Assembly (NCBI GenBank): GCA_050575255.1
Contig: JBNZDD010013683.1
Span: 124,001 to 188,000 of the forward strand
Origin: Harriotta raleighana
Taxonomy: Eukaryota
DNA: 64,000 bases
Reading direction: 5' to 3'
Part shown: piece by piece, positions 24,001 through 36,000 of the stretch
Layout: every line of letters starts with the position of its first letter
Position numbering within the stretch: position 1 is the stretch's first letter
Program-made: the position numbers and the translations under genes
Notes under the pieces: model-generated
Databases searched by the model: none
Seen by the model: only the letters and a program-made list of their open reading frames with translations
What the model was told of the DNA's origin: nothing

Positions 24001-27000
24001 TTTGGGGCGTAGTGGCTGAAAGTTTTGATGGCCGCCGATAGTGGAGTGGTAGTTTCCGAGGACAAGGAGGAGACCGAACACAGTAGAGTTAGATTTCCTT
24101 AATGCTGATGTACCTGTCTGTACAATTTTATGTCTTTAAGGATGAAAGCCAATCACCTCAAGAGATTGAATTGAAGGAACTTAAAGAATCTCTGCGTGAC
24201 ACACAGCCAGTTGGAGTCCTGGTGGACAGCTGCAAAACTCTTGATCAGGTTATGAGTGTGTGCGCTCGTAGACCTTCCGAATACAGCTGCAGTGTATTCC
24301 TTTTAAGTTGTAGTTTTCCTGCAAGTTTTTAATCGTGTTTTGGTTATATTTACTAGGCCAAAGCAGTTCTAAAATTCATTGAAGCTATTTCTGAGAAGAC
24401 ACTGAGAAGCACAGTTGCTTTAACTGCTGCAAGAGGACGGGGTAAATCTGCTGCCCTGGGCCTGGCTATTGCAGGAGCTGTGGCTTTTGGGTAAGGGCAC
24501 TTGCTATCATTTGCTCAGTTATTGATCTTCTTTCTTTATTTCTCATTACTCTGATGTTTCTGCTATGATTTGATGTAAGAGAGGGCAAACACTACCATGC
24601 AATTTTTGGATTTATAAATATTTAGTAAACTGATGCTTATTCACAGGCTCAGTTCCTGGTTTGTGCTTTACATCTGTAGAATATAGATGATTTTAGTGTT
24701 TCCAAAATGTTCTAATATGCTTAACAATTGTTAACCCCAAATTTTCCCGAGCTTTTTCTCTTTTCGAGTTTGCTCTTGTCACTCAATGACTTTGTGTTTT
24801 AAACTGGATTGATGTCAAATTTGGTAATATAGGGCCTGAATCTTTGCTTCATCTGTCATTTTTAGATATTCTAATATCTTTGTTACATCACCAAGTCCAG
24901 ACAATCTGCACACTCTGTTTGAATTTATCTTCAAGGGTTTTGACGCACTGCAATACCAGGTGAGAACGGGTCCATCAGTGTAAGGATCAGTAACTTATCA
25001 TTGAAAAGACAAGTTCTTGTCACTCATGTTCATTTTCAGAACTTGAGTTTGGTGTTAACTCTTGTACAAGTATGACACACATACGTGACGTTTAAATTGA
25101 CAGTAGGCAGTTCCTGTGAGTTACCTACTTGAAGCGCTTGGAAATTTTAAGATATTTAAATTGGATTAGTTAAATAGTTGAAACAGTTAGAAGATTTGAA
25201 GGAGCATGGAGGGAAGCAGGAAATGGGCTTTTGCTCTGGTGCGGAGTTAGCACAGCACAGTTATGATGGGGCAACATTTCTAATGTGCTAAAAGTTCTCT
25301 TGATTGTACAAACTGATTTTCTTTTTTCACAGGAACACTTGGACTATGAAATAATCCAATCCTTGAATCCAGAGTTCAACAAAGCTGTGGTCCGAGTTAA
25401 TGTCTATAAAGAGCATCGGCAGACCATCCAGGTAAGGCCATATTCTGCGCCTTCTTTCAATGGAAAGTTAATTAAGTGTCGGAGTTGTTTGTATTGATGA
25501 GCTTCCCCCCTCCCCACCATCACCACACTAAGTACGTATAGTAAAATCACATAATTACAATATTTTCGACTTCTCTTTTTTTTCGTTAGTACATCCACCC
25601 CGCAGATGCTGTAAAACTGGGTCAGGCTGAGCTGGTGGTGATTGATGAGGCAGCTGCCATCCCACTGCCACTGGTGAAGAATCTGTTGGGACCCTACCTT
25701 GTCTTTATGTCGTCCACTATAAATGGGTATGTTACCCTGATGATAGCCTAGAGCAGCACTACAAAGTAGGAACAGACTACAAAATAACTCTTAATTGGAT
25801 TCCCTGCTATCACTGATCTTTATTTCTATCAGGATTGGAAATTGCTTTGACTTGCTTATCAATAGACCACATGGCTTTCTTTGCCTCTACTCTTTAATAT
25901 AAAAATTGATGGGAACAAAAAGTTTGATTTATCTTGCCTAAAACATCTTTTGCGGTTTATTATTCATGTTTTAACTTCTTTCTCGATCATAATGTGATTT
26001 ATTTAGTGAGAGCGTGATGCCTTTAGGATCGTTTTACTCATTCTTGAAGCTTTAAGACTTCATTAAACCAAGAATATTTCATTTCTGATGCTAAAATTCT
26101 AGAAAGAATATTAAAAGTTATGGAGAATGAGCAGGAGAGACAAATGGAGGAAAACAGTGCAAACTTGATGGTCTAAAAAATAATAATTAATAATCCTTGC
26201 ATTTGATATAGCGCTTTTCACATCTTCTAGATGTCTCAAAGCACTTCACAGAATATACTGTACGGTGAATTGACAATATATGTGGGAAAAACACGGTAGC
26301 CAATTGCACACAGCAGTGTTCCACAAACGGTCTTGAATTGAAATGACTAATTTCTTTTGAGGGATTATTATTAGGCACGTGGATTAAGGAAATTTGCCCA
26401 ACGTTTTGCCCTGACTGGAATCGAACCCAGGACTCTCATTTGTAATATGAGTGCTGTCATCACTGAGCTACAGGACTAAATGGCCTGTTTTTGGAACCTT
26501 CTATAATTTGATTTATTAAATTGAAAATGTATATTTGTGAGGCATTTGAAAGCTTGTGCAGGACTCTGGTTATAAGTGAGCTGCCTTTGGCATCTTCAAA
26601 TCTTACAATTCTTCTTCTTTTCCAGATATGAAGGAACAGGGCGTTCTCTCTCTTTGAAACTAATTCAACAGCTAAGGCAGCAAAGTGCTCAAAGCCAGAG
26701 CAACGTGATTGCAGAGAATAAAACTACTTCCACTGCCAGACTGACCACTGGTAAGACACTGGCTTTCCTCATTCCTCAACCTGTTCAATAGTTTACCGAT
26801 CATGCTGTTTTATTGAAAAGAAACTTCTAACCATTTAAGATTGCTTGAATAGATTTTTTTTTCGTCCTACGGCTGTCTGACCACATCAAAACCAGACTGA
26901 GAGTTTCACATATGTGTGCTATTTACACGTAGGCATATTCTTGTGTCTGAAATGGAATGCACGCTCTCCTCGAAGGGAAGGATCCTGCTTGCCTAATTCC

Positions 27001-30000
27001 ACAAAGTATTCAGAGCTAAAGCTTGGAGACCCCAGAGTGTGAATTAGGGTACTGATGTAATTTAACTAGCTAAGACTGCATAGCTTTCTATTGTGTGCAT
27101 TGTCTGGCAAACTTTCCACTGCTTGTCCACCTAGCACAACCTTCCTATTAGGGATCTGCAGGGTTAAAAAAAATTGTTTGGCGAAAAAAGGTTTTTATTT
27201 TTCCTGCTTAATCACCTTATCTAAATTTGCCTCTACTTGCATATCAAGATCCTCCATAATATTGTCAATGGTTGCAAGTCATGGGAGATCTGTGAGCACT
27301 TTTTGTGTGTGGAATATGATTACCTGGTGTATTTGTAAAAGAGTAACAGAAAGGGTGTCAACTGCTCCTGTCCTATTACAGTTCATGTGACCGGGCTGGA
27401 GATTTGGATTGACAGAACGGAAATTGGAGGTGCTATTCGTGCAGCTGCATCCTGTCTTTTAAAGTTGTCTTAAAAGAAAGAGTCTGTGTGTGTGTGTGGG
27501 TGGGGTATTAATGTCACTCCTGACTTGCTTTAAATGTAATTTTTTGGCAGTGCGGACGTTGCACGAGGTGACGTTACATGAGTCTATCCGCTATGCTCCT
27601 GGGGACCCGGTGGAGAAGTGGCTGAATGAGCTGCTCTGTTTAAACTGTCTGAACATCCCCAGAATCATCTCGGGCTGCCCAGTCCCGGAGACCTGTGACC
27701 TGTATCCATCAGTCAGTTTCAATGAATATCCGAAATGTGTTTCCGCGCCTAGAATGTACTGAGGGAGGAAGCTCCTGTAATAAGATCTCTTTGACTCCTT
27801 AACGGTTGTTAAGCTTCATGTAACCAGGGCACTTTAATTCACTTTTGTTCAAGATTTTCCCTGAGATTTGAACTGGGCTTAAATAAGGAATTTCAATATG
27901 GCATTCGGTTCTTGCATATTGCATTACACTGCCCTGGTTTTAACATTGTTTTTCTCTCCATCCCTATTCCTTTGAAGGAAACACCGTGCTTTGTGTGCTC
28001 TGTCTCCACTCTAAATCTGTCCACTCTAAATCTGATTTCTCTTAATAAGGAAGACATAAGAAGAAGCTTTACTTAATAACTGTTGTGTGCAGTTGGCTGC
28101 CTTGTTTGGCCCACAAAATATCCAGTCAATCCACTTTACAGTATATTCTATGAAGTGGTTTGAGACGTCTCGAAAACATGATCAGGTGTTATATCGTCCA
28201 CAAATATACAGTCAATTCACTTCACAGTATATTCCGTAATGCCCTTTTGAGATGCCCAGAAGACGTGAAAAGCGCTGTATCAAATTAGGATTATTATTAT
28301 TATATCAAATTCAAGTATTATTATTACAACATGATTTGTTGAAGATGGTTGATATCTTCAGCCTGGTTTCTTTTCCTCAACTGCTGTTACAGTTATTATG
28401 TCAAAAGGGACACGCTGTTCTGTTACCACAAAGCGTCTGAGGCTTTCCTGCAGAGAATGATGGCTTTGTACGTAGCATCGCATTACAAGGTAAACCATTG
28501 AATTATGTCAATCTAAAATGCCTTTCAACCTCATTCTGATGTAATTTTCATTTTTACAGGAGATTATAAAACCACTTTTGTTTTTTTTACCCCTGGAGAA
28601 TCAATTGTGGATTATATTCTGAATCTTTGATTTTTTTCAATTGGATCTTCAGTGGCAAGGTTGAAACCTACATTCCGAATTTAGAATTTTCCTCATTCGG
28701 TATTTACAGTTCTTTTTTAAAAAATCATTCAATGCATTCACAGTAAGTGATGTTTTTTACTGTAAATGCCAAACGAGGAGAATTATGAGTTTCAATTCAA
28801 CATTTCAGTGCATGTAGTAGGTGTGTGGAAAGTTGAAAGGGAAAGCATTACTTGACAGCTAAGGGGATGCCTTGCATTTCAGCCAATTGTTTTGAGATTT
28901 ACTTTGCGTTTGTTAATTAAACCTTTACCAACACCTCCACAGAACACTCCTAACGACCTTCAGTTACTGTCGGACGCTCCTGCTCACCATCTCTTCTGCC
29001 TGCTGCCCCCAGTGACGTCCACTCAGAATTCTTTGCCAGAAGTGCTGGCCGTCATTCAGGTAATGTACAAACAGCACCGCGTAGAAGCCTGATTTAATTA
29101 AGTACGGCAGCCGGTTTGTGGACAGCAATATCACAGCAATGGAATGAATGACCAATTTATTTGGGGATTGTTGGCTAAACTATCGGGAGGAACACCCTTC
29201 TCTTCACATGTGTTTTACTTTTCCCTTTTCCAGGTGTGTCTCGAGGGAGAAATATCTCGTCAGTCGGTGATCAACAGTCTCTCTCGAGGGAAGAAAGCAT
29301 TTGGAGATCTCATTCCCTGGACTGTGTCGGAACAGGTATGGTGATGGTCTTGTTCCTTGCGCTCTCCAGCTGGGGACATACTTTCAGTCACTGTGCCCCG
29401 ATACACTGGAACACTGTTCCAGTATCCCTTCACCTTGCCCCTTCCTTCCCTGTAAGGAATGAAAAAAACCTACAGTTCCTCCAGAATATGTACAGATTCT
29501 CAATACTGCAATCGTATGTTTTGATTGCTACCACTAGAGGCTGTTAACTGTAAATACTTCAAACCCGTAAATGCAGAAACTGTTGTGTTATTCTGCTGGT
29601 TCATCCTACTGTAAAGTTGATCGTTTCTGTAGGTTTCTCCAGGAAGAGCAATCCCTGGAATGTTGCCCATTTAATTGCTGTTTGATTTCATGGAGCCTTC
29701 TTTGTTACAGTTTCAGGATCCTGATTTCGGAAGTCTGTCTGGAGCACGTATAGTCCGTATTGCAGTGCACCCAGATTACCAAGGGGTAATGTAATCCCTT
29801 TTCCTCGGAAGAAGAATGTTACGGTCTTTCTATCCATTTGATGTTTTGCTGAGTGTTTTCATTGTCTCCAATGGCGTAGGGTGAAGGAGCTCAACCACAC
29901 CTTTTACAAGCTGTTTGGTCAACATATTGTTGGGTGGTATTGTGTCTTGTGTTCCAAAGAAGGAAGGGTATTTGCTATACCACAATTTTTTTGTGTATGG

Positions 30001-33000
30001 TTTAGCAACTGGAACCTTGGGTCTAGGAATCTCCAGAAGAGTTCCTGCACCAGATTAATTCTGTTTGCATCTGACATATCCATTTGTTGCTGCAATGGAT
30101 CAGGTCAATGCTCCTGATGTTAATTGATTACCAGCCAATTAAGAAACAATTTAAGTGTTAGACTATTCAACTCCAGTATCTAGAGAGGAAAGAAAATCAA
30201 GTGTGTAAAACTATAAATTCCACAATTGGTCTTAAATAAGGAATTTCAAAATAATAATAATAAAATCCTTGCATTTGATATAGCGCTTTTTACGTCTTCT
30301 AGACATATCAAAGATCTTCACAGAAGATACTGTAAAGTGAATTGACTATATATGTGGGTGAAACGCGGCAGCTAATTTTATTTTTGAGTTTTTTTGGAGG
30401 GATTATTATTAGGCATGTGGAATAAGGAAACTTACCCAAGGTTTCGGCCTGATCTGTAAACACTTGGCATTGTGGTCTTCAATATTGTATTATACTGCTC
30501 TGGTTTTAACATGGTTTTCCTCTCCATCCTTGTTCCTTGCTTATGTGACTAGATGGGATATGGAAGTCGGGCTGTGGAGTTATTAAAGATGTACTATGAG
30601 GGGAAGTTTCCTGGTCTGGAGGAGAGAGAGAGCCAGAAATCCAGTGAAATAGCCACTGTCAGCAGTGAGGTAAGGATAGGGACAGTATAAAGGAGAAACG
30701 ATTTAGGAGTTTCTTTTTAAGTTCATGTAAAGACTAGAGCATACGTTTGTGTGTGTCTTAGGAATTTGAATAATAGTTCAAACTTGGATTGTTGTTCAAA
30801 AAGTGTTTTACAACAATATTATTAAGTGCACTAGACTTCATGCCTGTTAATCTTGGAAGGTGGTGGGGGTTTCTGTGTAAGGTGTGTGGGAGGAAATATG
30901 CAGCTACGTTTCTAAGGTCAGTTTCTGTTTTTCGGTTTCTATAAATCAACAATTGTAGGATTGAGCTAATTCACCCCTGCTGCGATGCTCCTCCATTGGC
31001 GAAGGTTTGAATTGAACACTGGTCCACTGTACGGAGCCCAGTATATTTTGATGTGATGGAGTGTGACTTGTTTGGCACACCCAGCAAGCACATTCCAGCA
31101 ACCGAGTGCTGGGTAGCTTCTGGCACAGGAAACTGCATTTTATACAGGCCAGCCCAGTAAAAATGTTTCTGTGGGATTGAGAGCCTTTTGTCTACTGGTT
31201 CTGCTGCCTTCAATTTCAGCTCTGTTTCAGGCAATAGTTGAAGTATGAGACCCTGCTGTTCCTGAATATTAATAAACATTTGATACTTCAAGCTGATCCT
31301 AAAACATTTTAATTTTTTTTGTCTGGATTTTTTTCCCCCCTCCGTTTAGCAACTTTCGCCCCTCTCCTGATAGCATTTCACTCCTTTTCCCTTCTTCATT
31401 AGTGGGAATCCATGGCATCGGACACCCTTTGGTCTCAACCAAGGGGCCACTGTCGGCAGACGATTTGATTGTGAAGGGAATTGCAGCCAAGTGCAGTCCT
31501 ATCCTCGCCCAATACTCACCAGCAGAGGTCTCTTGTTAACAACCTTGAGTGGGAAGCAAGGCTGGTTTCCCTCTTCCTAACTAACCCAGTGAGCTGATGC
31601 CAAATTTTGTGCCATAACTCCTTCCCTAACTGAGTCCCAGTTTTCAGTCACAGGCTTTCTGGTTAGCATGGCTTAGTGATGCCAATTATTAGACCACCAG
31701 TGGCACTATTTACAGCTTTATTTATACAAATGTTTTTACAATACATTGTGCGTGTCCAATTCTGAAACTTAGCTTCTTGCATCACCTAAAACAGGATTCT
31801 GTTGGAGTTTTTGCACCCTCTATTTTGAAATCTAATGATTCTGTTCTCCCAAGTATGAAAATAACTTGGTTTCCTCCCCCACCTCGGCCTTCTGTTTGGG
31901 CGTAGGCCTTTTCTTGGATAAAATCTTTGAAGGAATTCGGCCAAGTGAAATCATACTGCAAAGCAGTACAACTTGTTGCAACTCCAGTACTTTTCCATAT
32001 CATCTGCAGGGGGAAAGTCTGGAACCAACCACTGAGTAACGCTTGGTCCTCAGTGCGAGATTTTGTCATTCTAGTGTGTGCGCTTTTTAAAAAATATCAA
32101 AACAATGGTTTGCTTTAGGACAAAGATGTATATTATTGTAAAAAATTATTTGTCCTCAGGCTGTAGGTTTACTAGAAGAGATGCTGTCACCACGTAGAGA
32201 TCTACCACCATTATTGTTAAAGCTGTGCGAGCGCCCAGCAGAGAAACTTGACTACCTCGGAGTATCTTATGGACTTACGCCACAGCTGTTAAAGTATGTC
32301 ACCGTGCTCGTTTCAATTTCAACACAGGCATTTTTAACATTTTATCTTACCTATCCCCCAGCTCTTTCTCTCTCTATATGTATATATATATATATATACA
32401 CACACACATATATCTCTGCTCCAAAACAATGGTTACCGCTTTGATGTTCAGATTTGATTTCCAAACATTTTAAAAATTAGTTTGAGAAATTCTGTTCCAA
32501 GAATGTTTTCCGTTTGACCCTGATACGTCTCACTGGGGAAATGCGAGTATCAGGGTACAAAAATAGATAGCCCTATAAAACTGAAATATCTGTGCTAGAG
32601 TCTGAGATTGTTTCGCAGCAAATTGCTTTCCATTTTGGGGGACAGCACTGCGTTGCTTGGGACATTTGGCAGAGAAATTGATTGATGAGTGTGCGAGAGA
32701 GATTAGTGTATTTTTTTTTAAAACTGAAGATCAGCCAGATTGATCATAATAGTCTTTGCTGGTCCAGTACATAACCTTTAGTTCTTTTTCCACAAGTGCA
32801 AAATGTACCCATGAGCATGGAAATATAGGTTATCTATGCATCCAGCATTTAATAAAGATTTTTAATGAAGGTATATGCATGACCATGGAGATGCATGATT
32901 TAATAAATGCAATAACTCTAAAACTCAATTCTTTCAAAAATGACCGGTCATACATTCACCCAAAAGCTCAAGGCTTTTTTCCTTGAATTGTTCTTAAGTT

Positions 33001-36000
33001 TTTTGGGGGGAGGGACAAAATTGAGATGCATCTAAAAGCTGCACATTTTTATGTTCCTGTTCCCGGGGGAAACTCCTTGTGCTTTGAAAACAGTCCAGGC
33101 CATTCAGCGGAGAAGTGGTTAATATGCAGCCTGGGATTGCTTTAGACCAGTAACATAATATCCAGTCTAACTGCCAAGGTTTCCAGATGGGACCTATTTC
33201 TGTGCTGACTCCAAATTGTTGGAGAGGTGGTATATGTCTACACACAGAGCCATGCTTCCAGCCATTGAAAACCTGTCACTTGTGTAACAGAAACATCATA
33301 AGCCGGGCAGTGATTTTGTTGGCTGCACCAATGAATAGAACTCTCCATCTGCTCTTCATATGTCCTGTGAACTTTAAATACAGGAACTGCAGACTCTTCC
33401 ATAATGATCAAATTGGTGGTACGCAGGCCAAACCTTTTAGTACTGCCAATCATTCCTATCTCATGGACTCCTTGAAGAAGTCTTATTAGTAGTGTGTGTG
33501 AAAGGAGAGTTGCATAGGGTAACCAACAACTTGTGATACCAATATTTTATAAGTCTTAAAGAAATGATTACATATTTTTTACATAACAGGGGTAGTTATC
33601 ACAACTTTTTGGTCACCCTGTAGAAAGCTGAATAGTTTTCTCACTAAACAAAATTGGCTTCTGTTTTATGAAGACAACAAAATTTGCTCCCTGCTCTACC
33701 AAGGACTTGCAGCTGCAGGATTGGTACAGGGATGTGCAAGGAAACCAGCAAACCAGGGACATTGCTGGACCTGCTCTATGTGCCATTTTGATGCTACCTC
33801 TATTTACCAATGGTGCACAGTTGCATTCAGTTTTCCCTGCTGCCCTTCCCGAAAGCCTAAATACTCCATTGTTTCAGTCCAGGTTCATGGATTTCAATAA
33901 ATGTTACCCCGAGTTCTAAAAATCGCTCTATAATGCACGTACAAATTGTGTCCTTCTGAATGACTGCCCAGCAAGAGTATTCAGGTGAACTCGGAGAATC
34001 ACGTGAATGTAACGGCAGAACGTTAAAACTTAGCGTATTAGCAGCACTGGACAAGCCCGAAGCTCATAAAACCTGATGGGTAAATTGGACGAATATGAAT
34101 GGCCACAGAATATAGGATTCCATCTCAGCCCATCTGGATCATGAATAAGTTTACGGGTCTAAAATCTTTTCACTGTAGCATAAAATGCTACAAGGATTAA
34201 ACCTTCATCTAGTTCACTTTATTAGTGAGTGATTTAATGTTTCATTTGTGCCCCAGAAACGAGGCTCTTGGCAGATGTTTCATTAGCAAATATGGGCCAC
34301 AACACTGATGCCACAGGATCTTTAACCCAGCACGGCACAAAGTGAGAGTTTAATGTCCCAAGTGACTGATTGCCTCTAGCATTGAAGAGTTCTTACTTAC
34401 TCATAAATACTTCATGTCAGGCTGCCGGAGCTAAAGCATTTAAATTTTTGTTATTGAGGAGTCATGAATTGGGAGCTATTTATAAACGTATGGTTTTTAA
34501 AACATTTCTCCCCTACATTAGATCGGATTCTCTGTCAGTGAACCATGAATACCATTGTAGCAGACATTTAATAATGTTGAAGTGAAGGAATGATTGCACT
34601 GTAATCTAATACCAGTGATATATTTAAAGAGCCGCACTTATCTGTTTGAACACTCGTTTCTCATGTCAAACTGAAATCCATGTCATTTAACCTTATTGAG
34701 TTCTGACGCAACTTTTTGACTGGGTCCTTTCATTAACAAACCTGTCTGTTCTTTTCCTGGAGTGAGACGTTCCTGGAGGTAATCAGTAATGCACAGTATC
34801 TACCAGAATTCCAAAAACTCTTGATTGTTATTGTTTGAATCTGAGAGCGTTAGTCCCTTTCAGTTTTGTACTGCCCCTAATCTGTCTCTTTACCGGTGCC
34901 TTATTAGTGATAATTTATTCCCGACAACTGTGTGCAAGTAATTCAAAACTTTCCGCCTTGTTATAGAGAATATGTTGGGGTCAGCATTGTGGAGTATGCA
35001 ACCTATACGGAGCATGGGCAGCACTGTTTCATGCAATGCTTCTCATAGCTACTGCGGGGCACCAGTTACTTGTAACTGTCTTTCCGGAACTCCATGATAA
35101 ATCCAGCTCTTTTCCCTCAGAATTTCCCTGTGAGAAACTTTCATTTAACTTTAAAACTATTTCATACTTTTTTTTTTCAAATACTCAATTGCGTGTTTTT
35201 GTTTTTAAGGTTCTGGAAGCGAAGCGGATATGTTCCCGTGTATCTGAGACAGACGCCTGTAAGTCGCTTGTATTCATGTGAATGTGAACATGCTTGGGAA
35301 CCGATATAACAACAGCAAAATTACATTATAGAGAGCCTTTCATGTTGGGAGGACGTCCCAAGGTGCTGAAATAGTGAGATAGAGTGCCGCCATCTGGTAA
35401 AGTTAGTTAGTGCGCACAAAATAAAAGGGATGGGTATTTCTCAGTTGCAAAAAAGAGAAGAGTAATCACTGGAAAGACCAAAGATGATCGCTGAATATAA
35501 TACTGATTAAAACTATTTCATGCTTTTTTTGTCCCAAATACAAGTCCTTGTCCTTTGCAAACACTCAGAGAATTTTTAACAAAGAAAAAAAAATTAGGCC
35601 GTTTCCTCAACTGTGCTTCAGGATACTTAGTATGAGAAGCGTACAGCAAATCACCTCAGCTGCTATCAACACCTCGACACCTGCCATTCTGCACTTGAGT
35701 GTACTTTTTGCACTAGAGGTTGGCTTTTAATAAAGGTTTTGTTAATTTCAGAATGATTTGACAGGTGAACACTCTTGCATCATGTTGAAGACACTGAATG
35801 AAGACGAGGAGGAACCTGGGCAACAGAACTGGCTCCATGCCTTCTGGAAAGGTACAGACACAAAACTAGCCCTTCAGTAAAATATAATATGCTGATCCAG
35901 TTGTTGCACAACTGAAGTTAACCAGTTGTGTTTTGCACCTTATTTGTGCTCTTGGTATTTGTGACTAGAAATTATGCTGTTGGTGAGAAGAGATGGAAAG

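Noticed and set aside
26005-26090. Possible SNORD13/U13-like guide in a NAT10 intron (GAGCGTGATG...CTTGAAGCTTTAAGAC...CTGA)
   Set aside because: Box C is broken (GTGATGC) and the 18S antisense AACCTTGTTACGAC matches poorly. Treated as chance unless an Infernal search with the U13 model gives a significant hit.
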